From NCBI GenBank assembly GCA_031372065.1, contig JANMKN010000082.1, positions 1 through 22,112 on the forward strand: a stretch of 22,112 nt of DNA, given 5' to 3'. This DNA is from Abditibacteriaceae bacterium. Its GTDB lineage: Bacteria > Armatimonadota > Abditibacteriia > Abditibacteriales > Abditibacteriaceae. Shown here piece by piece: positions 16,057-22,112 of this stretch. Each line of letters begins with the position of its first letter. Positions within the stretch are counted from its first letter, which is position 1. Both the position numbers and the translations under genes were made by a program. The notes beneath the pieces were generated by a model. That model was given only the letters and a program-made list of their open reading frames with translations, did not search any database and was not told where the DNA came from.

Positions 16057-17535
16057 ATGAAAATCAGCGAACAGCAAATTGAAGAAATCGTGCGCGGCGT
16101 GATGCAAAATATCGGTTCTGGTGGGGCGTTTGCCTCCAATGGCAAAGGCGCGGGACGCATTGACGATCCACAAAATCATCCGGCGGGCGAACACCAGCAT
16201 TCGGCTTCGGAACTGCGCGGTTTGCATGGCATTTTTAACACGGTTGAAGAAGCCGTCGAGGCGGCCCGTGTGGCACAGCGCACTTGGATTAAGATGCCGA
16301 TTGCGCAGCGCAAAATTTGCGTTGAGGCGATGCGCGCGGCGGGTCGCGCTAATGCCCGCCCACTGGCCGAAATGGCCGTGGAAGAAACGGGTCTGGGCCG
16401 CGTCGAAGACAAAGTGGTGAAAAATCAGCTTTGCTCCGATCTTACGCCGGGTTGGGAAGTTTTGCCGACGCAAATGTTTCAAGGCGATTTAGGTTTGACC
16501 ATTGACGATCATTTTCCGTATGGCGTGGTTTGCGGCATTACGCCGGTCACGAATCCCACTTCAGGCTTGATTAACAACGCGATTATTTTCGCCATTGCGG
16601 GCAACGCGGCGGTGTTTTGTCTGCATCCTTCGGCCAAAAAATGCACCATGACGACGATGGCGAGTCTCAACGATGCCGTCGCCAAAGCCGGTGGCCCGCG
16701 CAATTTGTTTACTGGCGTGGCTAATCCGACGCTCGAAACGGTGGATGCCATTATGCGCCATTCCGTTGTGCGATTAATCAACGCGACGGGCGGACCGGGC
16801 GTGGTTAAAGCGGCGCTCGGCGTCGGCAAAAAAGCGGTCTGCGCCGGGCCGGGCAATCCGCCTTCGATTGTGGACGAAACTGCCGACTTGGAAAACGCCG
16901 CGCGCAGCATCGTTAATGGCGCAAGTTTCGATAACAATTTGCTTTGCATCGGCGAAAAAGCAATTGTCGTAGTGGATTCCGTGGCTGATGCGTTTTTGGG
17001 GGCTTTACAGCGCGCTGGTGCCTACTTTGCGCGCGGCGACGAGGCGCAAAAGCTGGCAAATTATGTGGTCGAAGGCGATCATATCAGCCGCGAACCGATT
17101 GGCTGGGACGCCGCGCGCATTTTGCGAAAATGCGGAATCAACGCGCCCGAAAGCAGCAAAATCGGCGTGCTGGAATTGCCCGCCGATCACACGTTGGTTT
17201 TGCAAGAACAATTGATGCCGATTGTGCCTTTGGTGCGCGCGCGCGACTTCAAAGAAGCGCTGACCATTGCCCTGCGCATCGAAGGCGGGCGCGGCCACAC
17301 ACTTTCGATTCACTCGCTGGATGTTTCGCGCATCACGGCGGTGCGCAACGCTTATCAATGCACAGTTTTCGTGGCGAACGGCTCCACCGCAGCGGCTGAA
17401 GGCGTCGGCGGCGAAGGTTTCGTGGCGATGAGTTTGGCCGGTCATACGGGCGAAGGTTTCACCACAGCGGCAACGTTCGTCAAACGCCGCCGCGCCGCTT
17501 TTGTCGGCTCATTCAGCAGCGGCGCGCCGCTGTAA
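16057..17535 (+). CDS. CoA-acylating aldehyde dehydrogenase (EutE/PduP type) with N-terminal encapsulation peptide
   Basis: EETGLGRVEDKVVKN, TPVTNPT, ATGGPGVV, GPGNPP, SFDNNLLCIGEK (catalytic Cys), EQLMP and GEGFT motifs; N-terminal helix ISEQQIEEIVRGVMQNIG. Confidence 0.95.
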   Translation: MKISEQQIEEIVRGVMQNIGSGGAFASNGKGAGRIDDPQNHPAGEHQHSASELRGLHGIFNTVEEAVEAARVAQRTWIKMPIAQRKICVEAMRAAGRANARPLAEMAVEETGLGRVEDKVVKNQLCSDLTPGWEVLPTQMFQGDLGLTIDDHFPYGVVCGITPVTNPTSGLINNAIIFAIAGNAAVFCLHPSAKKCTMTTMASLNDAVAKAGGPRNLFTGVANPTLETVDAIMRHSVVRLINATGGPGVVKAALGVGKKAVCAGPGNPPSIVDETADLENAARSIVNGASFDNNLLCIGEKAIVVVDSVADAFLGALQRAGAYFARGDEAQKLANYVVEGDHISREPIGWDAARILRKCGINAPESSKIGVLELPADHTLVLQEQLMPIVPLVRARDFKEALTIALRIEGGRGHTLSIHSLDVSRITAVRNAYQCTVFVANGSTAAAEGVGGEGFVAMSLAGHTGEGFTTAATFVKRRRAAFVGSFSSGAPL

Positions 17536-17542
17536 AGTTGCC

Positions 17543-18352
17543 ATGAAACTTTCCCTTTTGAAATTTCGGCGTTTTGCTTTGCTTGTGGTTCTGACTGTCG
17601 CATCGCTGATGGGATGTAAGCGCGACCCTTTGGCAGATGTGCCAGAGCGCTTGCAGCTTTTCGTTCCGGCGGGGGCCATGCCAGCTGATATAAAGTTAAT
17701 TGTGGCTATGATGGAGGGAAAGGTTAGCGATTTTGAGGCGGCTTTGAGTGAAGGGGGAAATATCAGAATCGCAATGTCTAATGGCGAAACGCCCCTTCAA
17801 TATATTGTTAAATCCCGAAATCAACAATTGCTGAATGCGATTTTTTCCAGAATGCCTATCGGCGAAGTGAGAAGGACCTTTGTAGAATCGGCCAATAAAG
17901 GCGAAGACCGGGTTTTAGAGGCGTTAATTCCTCAACTTAAAAGCACTGGCTCCGATGTTTTTCAAGACGCCTTGATGAGTATGGCCGATTCTGGTGAAAT
18001 TCGAACGATAAAAGTGGAGGCTACTTACAAGAACGATGATGGGCGACGCTTAACAAAAGAAGCGACACGAGCTTTGGATATACTCCTGAAAAACGGGGCG
18101 CAAATCAATAAAGCATCCATTTATGGAGAAACCCCCTTGATGGCCGCCGCAAAAACTAATCGCGCCGAAATGGCATACGAATTATTGCTGCGCGGTGCTA
18201 ATTGGAAAGCCAAAAATAAAGCTGGTAAAACCGCTTTGGATGTGGCGCGTGCCAGTCGTGCGGGCGATAGGCTTTATGGGAGCATCATTCCTTTGTTAGA
18301 GCAATGGCAGGCTGGAAAAATATCTGCGCCTCGCTCAACGAAGGCAAAGTAA
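17543..18352 (+). CDS. Ankyrin-repeat lipoprotein
   Basis: ATG 17543 gives MKLSLLKFRRFALLVVLTVASLMG|C (lipobox). Ankyrin motifs GETPLQY, LLKNGAQIN...GETPLMAAA, LLRGANW...GKTALDVA. Confidence 0.85.
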   Translation: MKLSLLKFRRFALLVVLTVASLMGCKRDPLADVPERLQLFVPAGAMPADIKLIVAMMEGKVSDFEAALSEGGNIRIAMSNGETPLQYIVKSRNQQLLNAIFSRMPIGEVRRTFVESANKGEDRVLEALIPQLKSTGSDVFQDALMSMADSGEIRTIKVEATYKNDDGRRLTKEATRALDILLKNGAQINKASIYGETPLMAAAKTNRAEMAYELLLRGANWKAKNKAGKTALDVARASRAGDRLYGSIIPLLEQWQAGKISAPRSTKAK

Positions 18353-18387
18353 TTGGGGTCAATTTAAAATCTCACGCATCATAAACC

Positions 18388-18423
18388 AAAGCGGGGCCGA
18401 CAGCATTGTGGGCCTCGCTTTTT
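18388..18423 (+). terminator. Intrinsic terminator after the BMC-ankyrin gene run
   Basis: AAAGCGGGGCC...GGCCTCGCTTT stem followed by a T run. Confidence 0.65.
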
Positions 18424-18464
18424 GACTTACAGTAGGTGGGCAGAACAACAAGAATTGTTGGAAT

Positions 18465-18521
18465 GTAGGGGCGCACAGCGTGCGCCCGCAGAATTAGAGG
18501 ACGCACGCTGTGCGCCCCTAC
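18465..18521. repeat. GTAG-family REP doublet (REPIN-like)
   Basis: GTAG-GGGCGCAC-AGC-GTGCGCCC, a short spacer, then the inverted copy GGACGCACGCTGTGCGCCC-CTAC. Confidence 0.88.
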
Positions 18522-18607
18522 TGCCGTCATTTTGTCAGGAATAATTCATCGCCTTAACCAAAGATTGATAAAATGCCTCGTGTTTGGTCGTCCACAGGCC
18601 TTTTCGC

Positions 18608-19933
18608 ATGAACGAATCTTCTTCGCTTGCTCCACCCGCGCCAGTAGAAACGCCCACGTTGCGCACTTATCTGAGCATCAGTTTGTTCGGGCTGGCGCTC
18701 ACGTTTTTTTGGGGCGCCATGTTGGTGCAGGTCATGCCGCAGGCCGTTTTGCAAATCGCTGGCGATGCGCATAAAGATCATGTGCTGGCAATCGTGCAGA
18801 GTTCGGGCGCGTTTGTTTCGGCGATCACGCAAATTGTAGCGGGCGCGTTTTCCGATAACACCACATTGCGCATGGGGCGGCGCAAGCCATATTTGATTTG
18901 TGGTGTGTTGCTGACCACCGTTGTGCTGCTGTTTTTGCCCGGTGCGCGCACCATTGGCTCGCTGATGGCGGCTTATTGGGGCATTCAATTGTTTTTGAAT
19001 GTCTCGCATGGCCCCTATCAGGCGCTGATGCCCGATTTGATTCCGACAGATCATCATGGGCGCGCTTCCTCTTATATGGGTGTGGCGGCTCTGCTCGGAC
19101 GCATCGGTGGGCCGATGATTGGCGCATGGCTGCTGAGTCGGCCCGATGGGTTGCAATTGCTCACTTGGGTTTTCATCGGCGTGCTGAATAGCATGATGGT
19201 TATCAATGTGTGGTTGCTGCGGGAACAGCCTATTGCACATGGCGAAGGCATCAGTAAAACGCTGAAAAGTTTGTCGAAAGTCACATTGCGGCCTTATCCG
19301 GATTTTTTATGGCTGCTGATAAGCCGCTTCGGCATCATGCTGGGCGTTTATACCATTTTGCCGTTTCTTCAATATTATGTGCGCGATACTTTGCACATCC
19401 CGGAAGCCGAAGTGATGCACACCGTCATGAGGTTTTTATTGGCTGCTACCGGTTCTGGTTTTATAGGCGTCATTGTGGCGGGCATCGCCAGTGATCGTTA
19501 TTCCAAAAAGCTGATTTTGTATATCGCCAACGCGGTTTCGATGGTAGCTGCCGCCGGGTTTGGTTTGGCGCAAAACACTGAACAAGCGTTTTGGGCGGCT
19601 ATGGTTTATGGCGTGGGAGCGGGCACCTTTGCCGCTGTAGATTGGGCACTGGCCGCTGGACTTTTGCCGCCCGGTGCGCCCGCGAAATATCTGGGCATCT
19701 GGAGCCTTTCGGATACGATGCCGCAAGTGGTGGCTCCACTCATTGCCGGGCCATTTGCCGCCTATTTCAATGCGCAAATGCAAGGCATCGGCTACCGTTG
19801 GATAATGCTGCCCGCCGTTATTTATTTTGCGCTTGGCACTTATGCGATTACTTTTGTGCGCGAGCCGAAACACACGCTGCTCGAAGAGTTTTCGCACGCA
19901 GAAGAGGCCGATAATGACGCGCCGCAACTATAA
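18608..19933 (+). CDS. MFS transporter (GPH/sugar-type)
   Basis: About 12 hydrophobic segments; GAFSDNTTLRMGRRKPY, PYQALMPDL and GIASDRYSKK motifs. Likely start is ATG 18608. Confidence 0.93.
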   Translation: MNESSSLAPPAPVETPTLRTYLSISLFGLALTFFWGAMLVQVMPQAVLQIAGDAHKDHVLAIVQSSGAFVSAITQIVAGAFSDNTTLRMGRRKPYLICGVLLTTVVLLFLPGARTIGSLMAAYWGIQLFLNVSHGPYQALMPDLIPTDHHGRASSYMGVAALLGRIGGPMIGAWLLSRPDGLQLLTWVFIGVLNSMMVINVWLLREQPIAHGEGISKTLKSLSKVTLRPYPDFLWLLISRFGIMLGVYTILPFLQYYVRDTLHIPEAEVMHTVMRFLLAATGSGFIGVIVAGIASDRYSKKLILYIANAVSMVAAAGFGLAQNTEQAFWAAMVYGVGAGTFAAVDWALAAGLLPPGAPAKYLGIWSLSDTMPQVVAPLIAGPFAAYFNAQMQGIGYRWIMLPAVIYFALGTYAITFVREPKHTLLEEFSHAEEADNDAPQL

Positions 19934-19947
19934 TTTGAAGGCTTCGC

Positions 19948-20178
19948 ACGATTGATTCAACTATTGGAACGATTGACTGAACCTATGAAACGATTTACTA
20001 AACCCTACGCACGATTGACTGAACCTATGAAACGATTAATTCAACCATTGGAACGATTCTTTGAACTAATGAAACGATTTATCGAACCCTACGCACGATT
20101 GGTTGAACCAATCGTGCGATTTATCGAACCATTGAAACGATTGATAAAACCCTTCGCAGAAATGGCTGAACATTTCGT
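19948..20178. repeat. Degenerate tandem array 2: 10 x 21 bp plus one decayed unit, core (A)CGATT-N5-AAC
   Basis: Units start at 19948, 19969, 19990, 20011, 20032, 20053, 20074, 20095, 20116, 20137 and (decayed) 20158. Examples: ACGATTgattcAACtattgga, ACGATTgactgAACctatgaa (units 2 and 4 identical), ACGATTtactaAACcctacgc, ACGATTtatcgAACcctacgc. Confidence 0.95.
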
Positions 20179-20278
20179 ATAATTATCTCAACCCTTAACA
20201 TTAACAGTTGCAGTCAGCGCGCGAATGGCTGCGACCTAAATATGTAATTCTCATTTTTTCGCGCCAAAGGATATTCTC

Positions 20279-20932
20279 ATGGATAAAGTAGCACGACACC
20301 AGCAAGCACGCGGTGAACGCGTGCGCGATTTCGCCGATACGCACACGGCCTTGTTCGCTTCGGGCGACGCTGCCGAAGACATCGCCATTGTGCGCGCCGA
20401 AATCACCAACCTCTCGAACAGCGGTGGCTCGCAAAGCGGCAGTGGGCAAGCAGCCAAAGGCGACACCGCGCGCATCGCGGAAATCGTTCACGAAACAGAA
20501 GCCGAATTGCGCGACATTGCTCGCACAGGGCGGCGCCTCAAAAAGCGCGACCCGAATATGACCGCGCATTTCGAGTTGCCCGCCAACGACGCTGACGACA
20601 CCATCATGAACACCGCACGCGGTTTCATCACCAACGCCACTCCCTTGAAAGCCAAGTTCATCGCGCGCGGCATGGCCGATGATTTTCTCGACGATTTGGG
20701 CGATTTAGTCGAAGAATACGACGACTTGGTGGCCGCGCAAACCGGTCATGAGGAGGATCGCGGCGACGATACTGCCGCCATCACCGCCTCCGTGAAAAAC
20801 TTGGTAGATGCCATTGATGACCTTGATGACATTATGAAAAACAAGCTGAAAATGTTGCCTGCCGAACTCGGCGAATGGAAACGCGCCAGCGCACGCGGCA
20901 AAATCCCACGCAACCCGAAGAAAACCCCGTAG
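20279..20932 (+). CDS. Hypothetical acidic alpha-helical protein (217 aa), downstream of 21-bp array 2
   Basis: AAGGA SD; Ala/Asp-rich amphipathic helices; Pro/basic tail (GKIPRNPKKTP). The stop codon lies in the GTAG of the first REP. Confidence 0.88.
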   Translation: MDKVARHQQARGERVRDFADTHTALFASGDAAEDIAIVRAEITNLSNSGGSQSGSGQAAKGDTARIAEIVHETEAELRDIARTGRRLKKRDPNMTAHFELPANDADDTIMNTARGFITNATPLKAKFIARGMADDFLDDLGDLVEEYDDLVAAQTGHEEDRGDDTAAITASVKNLVDAIDDLDDIMKNKLKMLPAELGEWKRASARGKIPRNPKKTP

Positions 20933-21058
20933 GGACACGCTACGGCGTGTCCAATGTGCGGAAACACCAATCAGGCACGCCAATTTGGGCACTATTTTGG
21001 GCACGCCATAGCGTGCCCCTACGGGTTTGTCCTCGTAGGGACACGCTATGGCGTGTCC
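20929..21058. repeat. Left REP cluster of the RAYT cassette (3 copies)
   Basis: GTAGGGACACGCTACGGCGTGTCC 20929-20952 (+); GGGCACGCCATAGCGTGCCCCTAC 20999-21022 (-); GTAGGGACACGCTATGGCGTGTCC 21035-21058 (+). Confidence 0.93.
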
Positions 21059-21092
21059 TATGGCGTGTCAGCGCCAAATAAATTGATTCCGT

Positions 21093-21608
21093 ATGCCATT
21101 CGACCCGTTGATTCATCACCGTCGTTCAGTGCGATTGAAAGGTTACGATTACGCGCAAGCAGGTGCTTATTTCGTAACGATTTGCGTTTTTCGCAAACGC
21201 TGCGTTTTTGGGCGCGTGCAACATGACGTTATGAATTTAAATCGCTTTGGTTTTATGGCGCGCGATTGCTGGCTGGAAATTCCACAACATTATCCAACGG
21301 TCGAATTAGACGAATGGCAGGTGATGCCCAACCATATGCATGGCATTTTGGTCATCACGGATAATACAAATGCCAACCAACCCGCGAAATTCGGTGAATC
21401 GAAACGCGGTTCACTGGCAACGATTATCAATCGTTATAAAGGCGCCGTGACACGACAAATTAGCGAAGCGCGTCAGACCAAAACCAAAGTCTGGCAGGAT
21501 GGATTTCACGATCACATCATCCACAACGAGCGTGAATTGGACAGCATCCGCCGTTACATCATCGAAAACCCGTTGCACTGGGCCACTGATAAACATTACG
21601 CCGAATGA
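21093..21608 (+). CDS. REP-associated tyrosine transposase (RAYT / TnpA-REP, HUH Y1)
   Basis: RRSVRLKGYDY..GAYFVTIC, HUH motif VMPNHMHGI, and WQDGFHDHIIHNERELDSIRRYIIENP (catalytic Tyr). Flanked by GTAG REPs on both sides. Confidence 0.95.
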   Translation: MPFDPLIHHRRSVRLKGYDYAQAGAYFVTICVFRKRCVFGRVQHDVMNLNRFGFMARDCWLEIPQHYPTVELDEWQVMPNHMHGILVITDNTNANQPAKFGESKRGSLATIINRYKGAVTRQISEARQTKTKVWQDGFHDHIIHNERELDSIRRYIIENPLHWATDKHYAE

Positions 21609-21613
21609 CAACT

Positions 21614-21743
21614 GTAGGGACACGCTACGGTGTGTCCTCCGGCGTGCCAGCGCCGGATAAAATGCATCGGGACACAAATTGGGCACGCCATTTCAGTAGG
21701 AACACGCTACGGCGTGTCCGGGCACGCCATAGCGTGCCCCTAC
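21614..21743. repeat. Right REP cluster of the RAYT cassette (3 copies)
   Basis: 21614-21637 (+) GTAGGGACACGCTACGGTGTGTCC; 21696-21719 (+) GTAGGAACACGCTACGGCGTGTCC; 21720-21743 (-) GGGCACGCCATAGCGTGCCCCTAC. Confidence 0.93.
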
Positions 21744-21971
21744 AATCCACCATCCAAAACCGCCAATCCTGCCGCTTCGTTTTCTTCAATCGCTACTTCG
21801 ACGGCGCGTTTGGCGGCTTCAAGCAACGCTTTGGCACGCCGCCGCGCTGTGTGCGCCGCTTCCACATAGGCCACAATTTGCTTTTCCGAAAACATCGTCA
21901 GCGCGCGGTGTTTATCATCTTTTAAAATCGCCGCAATCGAAAGCAAACCTTGCGTTTCGGCTTCGATTATA
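21740..21971 (-). pseudogene. 3' remnant of a restriction-modification specificity (HsdS-like) gene cut off by IS1
   Basis: The C-terminus ...AKALLEAAKRAVEVAIEENEAAGLAVL resembles, from memory, the terminal helix of S-subunit-like proteins. The first ~14 codons of the 21740-22012 ORF lie inside the IS1 end. Confidence 0.55.
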
Positions 21972-22112
21972 GGTCGTGTTTCAGAAGTGATGCTGTTTTG
22001 AATTGAGGGCATGGATGTATAGTTTGATGACGGCTTGGTGCATTTCGAGTGATTTGGAAAAGCAAATGGTTTTGCGCTGCAATCGCTTGAGATGGGTGCG
22101 AAAGTTGAGGTT
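21972..22112 (-). mobile_element. Right end of an IS1-family element (extends beyond window)
   Basis: The candidate terminal inverted repeat GGTCGTGTTTCAGAAGTG starts at 21972 (fits the IS1 GGnnnTG end pattern) and overlaps the transposase stop. Confidence 0.8.
21981..22112 (-). CDS. insB: IS1-family transposase InsB-like C-terminus (partial)
   Basis: Manual translation gives NLNFRTHLKRLQRKTICFSKSLEMHQAVIKLYIHALNSKQHHF*. The NLxxRxHLKRLxRKTICFSKS.EMH motif is typical of the IS1 InsB C-terminus. Not in the ORF track. Confidence 0.88.
   Translation of the reverse strand, partial: NLNFRTHLKRLQRKTICFSKSLEMHQAVIKLYIHALNSKQHHF

Noticed and set aside
9645..17535. Eut, Pdu, glycyl-radical BMC or carboxysome
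   Set aside because: No ammonia-lyase, diol dehydratase, glycyl-radical enzyme or RuBisCO; the signature enzyme is a class II aldolase.
19948..20178. Array 2 as a CRISPR array or plasmid iteron origin
   Set aside because: Same size problem, and units 2 and 4 are identical. No recognisable Rep protein or DnaA-box cluster is nearby.
21093..21608. IS200/IS605 element with TnpB
   Set aside because: No tnpB is present; multiple flanking GTAG REPs and the sequence motifs indicate a RAYT.
20875..21925. ORFs containing VGTRYGVS repeats
   Set aside because: These are translations of the REP sequences, not genes.
1..22112. tRNA/rRNA genes, reverse transcriptase or DGR template/variable repeats
   Set aside because: None recognised by eye. 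A tRNAscan/Infernal run would be needed to exclude small RNAs.

Overview
Bacterial chromosomal window. The gene content (CSLREA/Calx-beta secreted proteins, a DUF6785-like membrane protein, a sulfatase) suggests an Armatimonadota/Abditibacteriota-like or PVC-like host; this is inference only. Left part (minus strand): a truncated CSLREA/beta-helix/Calx-beta protein missed by the ORF track, an orphan helical protein, a large polytopic membrane protein and a Calx-beta/SGNH-like secreted protein. Centre (plus strand): a sulfatase, then a bacterial microcompartment locus resembling the Planctomycete/Verrucomicrobia (PVM) fucose/rhamnose type. It encodes DeoR, a class II aldolase, 2 BMC-H, PduL, 3 BMC-P, an acylating aldehyde dehydrogenase and several accessory genes, with palindromic elements in many spacers. 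An ankyrin lipoprotein and an MFS transporter follow. Right part: a second orphan helical protein, a REP-flanked RAYT transposase, an HsdS-like gene remnant and the end of an IS1 element (also missed by the ORF track). The most unusual signal is a module that occurs twice, about 17 kb apart: a degenerate tandem array with an exact 21-bp period lying 100-160 bp upstream of a 217-238 aa acidic helical gene. The two arrays differ in sequence, while the two proteins look like distant homologues by eye.
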